From Azolla caroliniana (Eukaryota > Plantae > Polypodiophyta): a stretch of DNA of 64,000 bases. Positions 52,898-64,000 of this stretch are shown here, piece after piece. The notes beneath the pieces were generated by a model that ran no database searches, was not told where the DNA came from, and saw only the letters and a program-made list of their open reading frames with translations. A program made the translations under genes and the position numbers. The number at the start of each line of letters is the position of its first letter. Position 1 is the stretch's first letter. The stretch lies in NCBI GenBank assembly GCA_043228905.1, contig JBHGNT010000010.1, positions 2,728,001-2,792,000 of the forward strand. The letters run 5' to 3'.

Positions 52898-54300
52898 ATG
52901 ATGATGGACTCAACACAAGAGCCATCATCATGGGCAATGCCAGTAGACTCGGAGAACAAGGCGAAAAAGATCAGATTGTGGTCATTCGAGAAGCCGCACA
53001 TGAGGGCATTCCACCTTGCATGGCTATCATTCTTCATATGTTTCGTGTCCAGCTTCGCGGCGGCTCCATTGCTACCCATCATAAGAGACAATCTAGACCT
53101 AACCAAGAAAGACATCGGCAATGCGGGCATAGCCTCGGTCACTGGAGCCATCATGTCTCGAATCATCATGGGGGCATTATGTGATTTGATTGGACCTCGC
53201 TATGCTTGTGCATCATTGGTCATGCTTACGGCCCCGGCAATCTTTTGCATGGCCACGGTGTCCACCACAGTCGGCTTCATCTTGTCGCGTTTCTTCATCG
53301 GGTTTTCCCTAGCCACTTTCGTGTCTTGCCAGTTCTGGATGAGCACCATGTTCTCGGCATCTATAGTCGGCACGGCCAATGGTATCACCGCGGGTTGGGG
53401 TAACCTTGGTGGTGGTTTCACCCAACTCATTATGCCTCTAATCTTCGAGCTCATTAATGGTCCTTTGAGATCTCCGAGCTTCACCGCATGGCGCCTCGCC
53501 TTCTTCGTCCCCGGCACTATGCACATCCTCATCGGTCTCTTTGTCCTCTTCTTCGCCCAAGACTTGCCTGATGGGAATGTGAAGGAACTCAAGGCCAAAG
53601 GTCTCAAAGTCAAGGACAACTTCTCAAAGGTATCCATGGACATGAAGATCCAGCCCCTCTCTTCTTCTTCTTCTTCTTTTGCAAAGCTTTTTTCAAGAAC
53701 CCAAAAAATCAACTTTGTTTTTTGTCTCCATGTGAAACAAATGTATGCTTGTGTAGTATGTGTCTTCATGTACTTGCTATATCTAATAATGTTGTCTTCC
53801 CTTTACTATTTAATTTTCCTAGGTGGTGATTAATGCTGTTACCAACTATAGGACATGGGTACTTGCCCTAGCATATGGGTATTGCTTTGGTGTCGAGCTC
53901 ACCGTGGACAACATCATAGCACAATACTTCTATGACAAATTCAACCTCAACTTGCACACGGCTGGCATTATCGGCTCGGCGTTCGGTCTCGCCAATATCG
54001 TCACTCGACCATTCGGAGGTGTATTGTCGGATTGGATAGCTCGTCCATACGGCATGCGTGGCCGATTATGGACACTCTGGCTTATTCAAACAATGGGTGG
54101 TGTGTTTTGCATAGCACTGGGATTGGTTGGAAATTTGGGAGGAGCCATCATAGCCATGATTCTTTTCTCCTGCTTTACTGAAGCTGCATGTGGGGCTACA
54201 TTTGGGATCATACCATTTGTATCACATAGGTTTGATGCACATACATATTGGGACCTTACAATATTGCTATCATCAAATTAGAGATTTCTGTTATTTACAT

Positions 54301-54331
<31 letters not shown>

Positions 54332-54775
54332 TGTGTGTGTGTGCATAATATTAACACCATTAGAGATTTTGTTGTGATAGTATAAAATTGATGATTTTGT
54401 CGTATTTCGATGGCTTGTAGATCATTAGGTGTTATCTCTGGAATTACCGGTGCGGGAGGCAACTTTGGCTCGATGGTCACTCAACTCATCTTCTTCACTA
54501 GTTCGACCAAGTCCACCGAAACTGGCATTGTGCAAATGGGCATTATGATTGTATGTTGCACATTGCCTCTTCTTTTAATTTACTTCCCACAATGGGGTGG
54601 GATGGTCTGCCCACCAAAACATGCAGCTGAAGAGGTATACTATATCAAGGAATGGTCTCCTGCTGAGCAAGAACTAGGGAAGCACCATGCTAGCTTGAAA
54701 TTCGCCGATAACACTAAAGGTGAACGAGGTAAACGTGTGGCCTCGGCATCAAGTCCAGTGTCACAAACACCTTAA
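52898..54775 (+). CDS. NRT2: High-affinity nitrate transporter (NRT2 family, MFS); exons 52898-53629, 53823-54229, 54421-54775, about 497 aa
   Basis: [19 protein letters not shown] signature, [31 protein letters not shown] introns keep the frame. Confidence 0.96.
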
Positions 54776-56130
54776 AATGTCTTAATTTTGGACATGTATT
54801 TCTAACACATCTGAGGATGTGATGGGAACTTTGCGATATTGTCAAAAGGACATGATATAAGATTTGCCACATATTTTAATCGCCTTCTCCATCACCATGA
54901 AACCTAAATAACAATGTCTTGATTCTCTTCTTTCGTGATTCCAAGGTATGATCAAGTTTTTGTAACCATCATAACAAGCAAAATTATGAACTTTCATAGT
55001 GTTCAACATCCTTTATGAGATGGTTAACTGTAAACCTTGGTTGGCTATAATTAACTACTATGGGTGTTGAGCGTAGTCCTTTGCAATGGGGAAAGGTGAC
55101 TAATAAGAGTATCTCTAATCAATCCACTCTGCAGCCTATGTAGAAGATTATACATATCCTCCAAGGTTTTGGTTCACCATATAAAAGTTGTGCAAGTGTT
55201 TCATTATTAAACCTACAACTAAAATTCCCCACACATAAGTTTAGTATGTTAAAACTTTTGGCACTTTTGCTGAATGAACGTTGCTCTTTACTTCAAATTC
55301 AAAAGGTCCAACATAAAGAATACAGGGATTATGTTAACTATGGTCATCATATTCACATATTTTACTTTGCATTTCCTTTATCAAAAGGTTAATGTAACAT
55401 CTTGATGCCTGATCAAAACTTTTACAAGCATCCTGCCAATTATAGAATATATATTTACTGCACTCGTTAAAAAGGTTCCTTCCCAGAACAAATTTTGAAA
55501 TACAGATCTATCCCATCCTGATAGATTGATCATGAATGTCTTCATTGAAGACAGGTTAATAGATGTAGGGATATAGGACCAAAATAATGTATTGGTTGCC
55601 ATGGCTGCAATAAAAAATCTCATGAATGCATAAATGGACTGTTTTAGTCAAGTTATGGATATCAGAGCTGGATCCACCCTTTCTCGCACGTGAGTTGAAA
55701 CATAAGAATTGTGTATACGGTAGTCTTTCTACCAGTAATAAAGATGTATTACAACTCAGTCTCCAAACTATTTAAACAAATTTTTATGACTTAATTCCAA
55801 GAATTCTTCTCAAAATGAGTCATACAACTGAGTATTCAACCAATGCAAATATTTCTTCTAATGATTAATCCCAAGAATCTTGAAGGCTCATCCCACTAGG
55901 CATGCACAATGTCTTTTGGCAAGTGAAAGAGTATTTGCTTTTTGCTGATACTTCTATATTTGCTTTTTGCAAGTATGATATACAGTACAGGTTGGGTTAA
56001 TTCAATCTTACTGTTCTGATAAATAAATAATGTCCCTACTCCTCAAATTTCCAAGGTGTTCCAAGTCAAATATACAAGAAGCTATATGAATTGAGCTTGC
56101 ATGAACATAATACTTATTTGAATTCACACG

Positions 56131-59100
56131 TCAAGCTCTTTGTAAAGCTTTGACACCAATGATGAAACCTAAAGCAAGAGCACCCAATCCCAGCATAGTT
56201 TTGAACTGCTCAGTTGTGATACCAAAGAGATCGTCATATCGCCAGGAGTTTCTTTGATTTCGAGATTGTTTATCACTAAAAAAATCATGGAGACGAGCAT
56301 TAACCATATCCAGTTGCTGCCTCAACTGCTGCTGACCCCTACCAAGACCCTTTACCTGTACTCAACAGCAAGAGAAATCAGAAGCTCATGCATTGAGAAA
56401 ATATTAAAACAATCACACACACAGAAATGCATGTGTAATACCTCCTCATAAAGCAAAGGATCTGCTACATCTGGAGAGTTGCCATTGCCAGAGACCAGTT
56501 GAGATGAAATGCTTTGCTGAGAAATGCAGCGGGCTAGGGTGTTCTTTTGTGCTACATAACTGTTCTGAGAGGATGAAATGTCAATAAAGACGGAATCCAG
56601 CTTACTCTCAACATTACCAAGTCTCGATGATATTTCCTCTAGCCGTTCATTCACAGATGACAGTTTCTCTAGAAGATGCACAGATCCCTACTCAAAAGCA
56701 GAAGGACAGATAAATATTTGAAAGAAAAACAAACCAATTAACTTTAATAGAAATACCTCATAACCAGCCGGTGAATTCAGCTGCCTTTCATCATCATAAT
56801 TTCCATTTGATACTACTAGAGACATCTGCTTTTTAGCAAACGTCCGCCGATTGTGTTGTGAACGACTTTCCCCAGTTGGCACGCTATAACAATGACATAA
56901 AGTTGGTATGTTTTCACAATATGATAACCAATGAGCTGTAATCATGCAATTCAAACATATATACATCTTTGATCACATACCTCAAAGATACATCTTTGCT
57001 TTCATTTTGCTCCCACTGCAAACTGAGCACATAGTTTCCTTAACAATGTCCCAAAGAAATTTGACAACCACTGACTACTCATGCATCTTGTAATCTATGT
57101 ATAATCATAAGACATTAAAACTTGGGTAAAACACCAAAAGAACCCTAAACTTGTGTATGATTTAGCACCCTTGGGTTTTCAAAAAGTCACCATATTACCC
57201 TATGTCGCAGTGAGCTTTGTATTCCAAGGGATATGCAGGTAAATTTTTAAGACTTAGGACTATTCTCATCACTACCCAACAAGTTCAGGGTATTTTGGTG
57301 TTCTGCCTTCAATACTTCCACATGCGTGCGCAGTGAGAGACACTGAATTGAGATACCTTTTGCTATACACAGTTTGGCAAACGCCTTTCTTGTTAATTGT
57401 CAAAGACTTAGATAGTGGCGTGGTTGGAGGTCGTGGACTCAATACATCTTCATGAAGACTCAGCTTTGTTTTCAAGTCCTCTGAAGGTCCCTGGAGAGAA
57501 AATACAGTTGATCAAATTTCAATTTGTATAATATTTTTAAAAATTAGGAACATATTGTCCACAGTTTTACCACTAGGCCTGAAATCAGCTTTTCCCGCTG
57601 AATTTGTTCTATATATGAATGAGGTATATAGGAACCATCAAGACCTAAAGTTTTGCCAGCTTCAGCAACCAAATTTCTTTCTTTTCCCTGAACCTGTATG
57701 GCAAGAGTTTGCAATCAACCACTTAAAAAAATATCAATGTAGCTTGTAAGCATCCCGTAGATAATACCTGTACGTAATTTCGTTGCAGCTGTTCCAGCTT
57801 ATCAATTTTGATGCATAACTTCTCATCAGAGAAAACATGACTTGATCTTTTCAATATGGTGGTTATGGTATAACCGAGAGCCATCAAACCCCCCAGCAGT
57901 CGGACACTCACTTCAAACGTTATTCTGGGGGATATTAAGAATGGACCATCCACGACAATTTCCTGTCCCAAGATTGGTAAATGCAGATTACAAACCAAAA
58001 AGATGTACCAAAGGATAATTAAAAACATAAAAATATATATTCTTCTGCAAATAGCAAACAGATTACCTCAAACATAAGACTATATTTTCCATCACGATTG
58101 CGCATACGCAGGTATGACTGGCAAGTCTCTGGATCTTCACCGGGGGGCAAGAGATAGATATCATATGTCTCTTCATTCAACTCTGCATGGTTAGGAGAGA
58201 GAACCAGCCTTATTTTCTCTTCTGATACAGCTTGAGCAGACTAACAGTGACAAGAACACTATCTCAGTAAGAAAGCAACAATTCCAATTTACCAAAACAC
58301 AATAAACTCAGGTTTTCAACTTGCCTTCAAAATGTAAGTCGGGTTTTGGAAGCCAGAAAAAGGGTTAAATTTGTTAATGATTTTTATGTGCGCAGTTCCA
58401 AGATCAGGCTCAATGAAAGCTTTGTACATGGGATAAACCTATAAATAACAAAAAGATATGAAAAAATATGTTGTATCACCATGTTAATGTCTCCTCAGCA
58501 TCACATTAATGTGCACATCACCATGCTGGTATTGCAAATGAGGCATTTGGAAAGGTGAAGGTTCATTTGTTAGCCACCAATTTAACTGATTAAAAAGAAT
58601 ATTCCACCTTTTATGTTCGATATCTCTATAATTTAGTAGTATCTCCATTATACTATGGGGAATTTCACTTTTTAAGGCAAACTTCTTCTTATTTTTATGG
58701 TACCTCCAGAAATCATTGCCTTAAAATCAGCCCAGATGCATCTTTTATTTAAGAGGATAGTTTCATGACTTAACTAGGTATTCAAATATGTAGTTTCTAC
58801 TTTCCTACACAAGTGAAACAACTGGATAATTGATTTAAGCACAACGTTGCTGACATGAGAGATCTACCTCTACAAGTAGTTAGATATTTTGTGAGGAACT
58901 AGTAATGGGCTCTTGGATATAGAAGATGAGGATCAAATTTGAACCTCAAAAGGGGCAATTTCAGTGTTGGTGGGATTGACAAGATGCTTATTTAGACTCT
59001 TCTTCCACCTGATTAAGACGGGATCCAAGAATGTTAATTACAATTTCTTAGATGGGGATCCTACTCTAACAACACCTTGATACTCTCTAGTACTATAATT

Positions 59101-62100
59101 GTATATTTTCTACCAGCTTGCTTTCATTCTCCACATTGAATACACAATAATCTAAGATTAATATATAAATGCAAAGATCTGCAGAATAGTAGCAACACCT
59201 ACCGTCTCTGATATTTGATGGATGATCTCTTCAGGTTCTTGACCAGCCCGATTGATGTCCCGTAATACCCTTTTCACAAGATCAAAATGCACACCTCCTT
59301 TGACAGCTACACGTAAATCCAGAAACGGACGAAGCTTCTCATTGAGTGCATAAATCCCTTCAATGACCACAATTCTTGAAGGTGGTACTTTCAGGCATCT
59401 ATAGAAGAAAAGAACATAAGAAAAAAGAAGAAAATTGAATGCAGTCACACCAGCATTAGAAACACTCCGAACCTGTAACCCACTCTGCGACTGAGCTTGA
59501 AATCATATATTGGGATTTCTACATCTTTACCAGCTTTCAACTCATTTATGTTTTGAAGCAGCAGGTCATAGTCAGTCAATCTTGGATCTGTGGGGAAAGA
59601 TACATTCCATCACTGTCATTATCAAGCGACAATAAGTTGCATTTAATGCAGCAAACCACATAAGTATTTTGAAGTATGCTTATTCTGTTCTGTCCTTGCC
59701 ACTTGGTATTGCTCAATTCTCATTCACACAAATATTTAGGATGTAAACTGCCTTCATCCTAGAATCTCACATCATATAGACACTCAATTTGTGACCAGTC
59801 ATCACATTCATGTTCCCAGGACTCCATGAGAGGAGCTATACAGGCCCGATATACTATGGGATATGAGGCATTATGTTGGAGACAGAGAAGATGTCTTCAT
59901 GGTTCCAAGAGCCATGGGTCTATTCGATACTCTTGTTAAACCTATAATTCTTTCGACAGTGCACAATTGGGAGCCTAGTTTGGCTCTCACTGCCAATCTG
60001 GAGGCATCTCTAATGCTTGGAGATTTGCAGAGACGCCTTCATGTGGGCAAACCTTCATGCATCAGAGGCATCATTATACATAATGGGCTGCCACATTCTA
60101 CATTGTCATCTCTCATTCTTTGCAGTTTGCTAAATATGCTAATGAAGGGAAGTATTTGTCATCAAAGAGCCAATTACAGCATTGCCAAGATAACTGAAAT
60201 CAGCTCACTGGCTATTACAAGAATTATGGTGCAATCTTTTGCATGAGATTTAGCTTCATGAGGAAAAGGATTTAGATGTTACTTCTCTTCCTGCCAATTC
60301 ACACACACTTTTCTTGATTCAATGCAAGCTACGATCACTCTCCCTAAATCAATGCATTGAGTAGGTAGAAAACGAAACCTACCTATACATAATAATAATA
60401 AAGTTTACTCTTGGCGAAAACTTCAAGCACCATATTTGCAAGATCCAAAAAATTTGTGATTGTGGGGCTGCATGTCAAGCTAATTTAGATTATACAAATC
60501 TCCCCACCTTTAGCTCTTCTTGCTATAAGTCAATCAAGGGCTGCACAGATAGAGTCTTGATCATAATATTCAATCACATAGCAGCAATTTGTCGTCCACA
60601 TACGCCACTATTATCTATACCACGGTCTAATCGCCCTTATTGTCAACAAATTCGGGAAACTATCACCAGGCACCAAAAGATGCCAAATTCCCCCACTCCG
60701 GGGGCCTCTCCACCTTGGATAGGCCGATGTGTGAGAAAACTATTATGAACAGTTGTAAGATGCCAAAGAGGCTAGCTGCAGCTGAACAATAAACTAAAAC
60801 AAGAACTATACTTCTTCCTGAGGCTCAAAGCCATCAAATACTTATGAGTGTGGGTTTTGTAACCCATGCATTTATGAGAGCAGATAAAATATTCCTAGGT
60901 ACATAATGAGTTAATATGGTAGAGGACTGGAGAGAAAAGAACATATGCATTAAATGATGTAATGAAGTAGTGGTACGTTCAAAAGTCAAGTGTAAAAATG
61001 GTGGACTAAAGTAAATCTAGAGAGAGATTGCAGAAAGGAGAGATGAGCTCTAGGGCTGTCACCCTCCAACAAGATGTTGGTGATATTTCAAAGGCAGACG
61101 TTTCAGCCCATCAAAACTCAGGATATTAAAGGCCTACCTAAAAAGAATATCTTGTACCTTAGGCAGTTTTACTAATTTAGTTATATTTATCTTGGTTTAT
61201 TGTTCTCATAGACGAGACATCATTTTACGATGCATTGACTGCACTCTTTACAGTTTTTCCGTCTTCCTTATCAATAGTACAAGAGACTCAAAAGTAGGAA
61301 TGGAATTGATATAGCAATTGTATTTACAAACTTCAAAGGTCTACTAAGAGAAAAGGAGCAAAGATAATTCCCTTTCTGCAAGGATATTGTCAACAGCTGC
61401 CAGCTTATCCCTTAACCAGGCAAAGCAATAATTTTTCCAGTAATAGATTCACCTTCATGAATCCTTAAATCCTTGCATTTGGAAGTGAATCAGCCTTTAA
61501 TCCGATGGCCATCATACCTTGAGTACAAAGCATCCCAGAGCTCTTTAGATATCTTCTTTGATCCAAACTGAGCAGCTACCTTCAGAGATGTAGCAGAGCT
61601 CATAAGGTAGTATAAGCATGTGGATCCTTCACCTCCCGTGCCTCTTGCACAGAAGTGGGTTCTTATCTTCAGGTTCATTCCAACAGGCTTGAAGCAACGA
61701 GGCTTCTCTTATAAACAATTTCTTTTGCATATAAGGCAGCAACTGCAAGCCCTCAAGATATTTTGGATCATATTTTTCCAGATGACTTGTTGTCTCGTCC
61801 AACAAGCTTAGCTAAGATGTTCCGCCAGAATCCTATGTCAATTTACCTATTGTCCCTTGCTACACATTAACCATCCCATATTGCATAGAATACATTGCCT
61901 CAAGATTGCCTAAAATATAGGGAAACCCAACTTTATGATAGAAACCATCTCACCTTCAGATTATGCTCTTCCCATACATGCAAATTACTGCAAGTTTTAA
62001 CTATTGGCCTCTAAACCAACATGAGCAATAGTAGCAATGTATAAAAAATGAAACGCTACTCAAACTCAAGAACTTGAGAGTTAAATCAAATTGGGAAAAT

Positions 62101-62723
62101 CTTAAAGGAAGAATAGTAGTTAAATAACGCCCATATACTTTACTTGAACACCTCAAATGCCACATTAGAATATGTAGAAGTTATTATCGAGCTATTTCAT
62201 TATTGAAAAATGTATATATAGGCAACGAGACACAGCATTGGTTTGTCATTCGTTTGTTAAAATACAAATATTGAACAAATGCTGCTGCACAATAAGATAT
62301 AAACATATAGGGGGTGACTGCCTAACAGTTAATCAAAGACAGACAGTTTATTACAATTCTAAACGTCATGACAAACATGTTACCATCATAGTTCTCATCG
62401 ATGAGTCGGCTCGAATCATTGTAGTTGTCCATAGATATAGTCGCAATTCCAGGCATGAATCCAATTAGCTTTTCACAAAACACAGTCTTTCCAGCTCCGG
62501 AAGCACCAGCCAAACCCACGAAAATCACACCATCCATCTTTTGAGCCAGGAGTTGGCAAGCACGAACAAATATATATAACCCTTTTTCAAAAGAAAGAGA
62601 CTCTTCAATTGGCAGAATCTCATATCGATCGTGCTCTTTTCTTTTGACTAATTGCAGTTGATTTTTGAGGAGTCCAGCCTTTCGACCATTTGGCGAGACA
62701 AGACTTTTCATTTTAGTGTCCAT
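56131..62723 (-). CDS. TTM: Triphosphate tunnel metalloenzyme TTM1/2-like (uridine-kinase P-loop, CYTH, coiled coil, C-terminal anchor). Exons 62723-62384, 59587-59473, 59398-59203, 58438-58325, 58240-58067, 57962-57768, 57693-57571, 57490-(57357 or 57276), 56883-56757, 56687-56442, 56355-56131
   Basis: LSFEKG, GASGAGKT, SMDNYND, DPRLTDYD, IEGIYAL, VYPMYKAFIEPDL, PTYILKS, YLRMRNRDG, PRITFEVSVRLLGGLMALGY and a hydrophobic tail. Splice phases consistent; exons around 57.0-57.4 kb are uncertain. Confidence 0.92.
59800..60750 (+). mobile_element. Very degenerate LINE trace in the long TTM intron
   Basis: LFDTLVKPII...W motif in ORF 59863..60246, similar to the LINE fragment at 1-436. Confidence 0.45.
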
Positions 62724-63124
62724 TAGATGAAATCAAGTTAGCACAATCCAAGATTTTACATCTGGCATAAAATAAAGGTGTCCATTAGCATCAAGTCTAT
62801 TGACACATCGCGGACATAGACCATCTCCATTGAAATGTACAGTGGTTTCAAATGTCACTATTAACATATAGCAGAAAAAAAAATAGCATCACATCAATTT
62901 AGTCTTTTTATTCAGATTTTCATCAGTAGAAAACTCCTGTAGTAGACACTAAAGTTTCTAGGAAAGCGAAATATATGAAGGGAAGGGAAAGATCTCTCTA
63001 TAAACTATCAAGAACTAATCACAGAAAGAACATCTTGACATCAAGATAGTACTTTCACTCGAAATTTCTCATGGTTGTGAGTTGACAGCAGTATTGCAAA
63101 GAAAAAGAAGGTATAAATGGAAGT

Positions 63125-63343
63125 ATTCTCTATAAACTATAAGACACTGAGCAAAGCGTAGAAAAAAAACCATTCCAATCTATAAGTAATCCACAGGAAT
63201 CTCTATCTACACTATCTGAAACTGATCTTATATAGAAAGAAACATTCCAATCCATAAGTAAGCCTCAGGCTTCTCTCTGCAGACTATACAAGACTGAGCA
63301 TATATAGAAATTACAATTCCAACCTATAGGCAAGCAATCGGGT

Positions 63344-63345
<2 letters not shown>
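63125..63345. repeat. Degenerate ~72-bp tandem repeat upstream of the TTM start codon
   Basis: Three units CTCT.T...ACTAT...ACTGA...TAGAAA...ATTCCAA..ATA.G.AA...GG. Confidence 0.65.
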
Positions 63346-63381
<36 letters not shown>

Positions 63382-64000
63382 TCTCTCAAAAGACAGAGCA
63401 ATACAAAAGAAGAATTGGAACCTGTAAGTAGTCAGCCCACAGCTCTCTATCCACTAATAAAAAACTGAGCTCAGAAAGAAAAAGTTTCAAGCTATTAGTA
63501 ATCACTGACATCTCTGTCACACACACACACAGACACTCACATTCACATTCGCACACACTACCATCAAAAGATTGAGCAATGTAGAAAGGATGTGAAAAGT
63601 GAAGGAAAAGGAAAAGAGAACCTTTCCTTTTTATGTGTGGGGACAAGATAAATCATCACTCATTCGTACATAAATCCATTATTCTCGCACTCACCAAATC
63701 CTTTCTCACAATGATTCTGATGGAAGAATAATGTGCTGAAGAGTGAGTCCACCGATCATGTAACAGAACAGAGCACTTACATTCATGAATAGAATCCATG
63801 GATTTTGATCATTCAGAATTTTTTTTCAGGATGTCTGCAATTCGATTTAGAATTCAAAGATATGAATACCTTATTAAGTTTCTGTCATCTTTCTCTTCAG
63901 TCTCTCTGTACAGGTTTCTTCAGCGACTTTTTTCTTCATCTTCTGTGATCTTTCTTTGTCTGCTGCATCTATAAAGGTTTCAAGTTCGTAGTCTTTGCTC

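Noticed and set aside
52895-53833. 312-aa ORF as a complete protein
   Set aside because: It is NRT2 exon 1 reading into intron 1.

Overview
Land-plant nuclear DNA; a non-seed lineage such as a fern is suggested by the Tcn1-like element, but this is inference. About 51 kb is nested retroelements, many with LTRs, PBS, PPT and TSDs readable by eye. (1) A 3'-truncated Tcn1/Tf1-like Gypsy (A, ~437-11502, -) carries a hAT-like MITE and a full Copia (B, 3904-9594). (2) A Copia remnant (C) has Copia D (12443-17797) in its LTR, and D holds two tandem solo LTRs bounded by three ACGT copies. (3) A decayed chromovirus F spans 17865-24888. (4) A LINE is interrupted by Copia H (34237-47302), which is interrupted by a very young chromovirus I (34865-41968) with one 1467-aa ORF. 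A probable unidentified spliced gene starts at ~31.4 kb (-). The right end holds two convergent host genes: an NRT2 nitrate transporter (+, 3 exons) and a TTM1/2-like uridine-kinase/CYTH gene (-, one GC-AG intron). Highlights are the ACGT-targeted twin solo LTRs, a self-priming PBS in A, a Copia pol extension beyond RNase H between two PPT copies, an integrase E->K change in I, and a conserved structured leader shared by F and I. All counts are manual; no searches were run.
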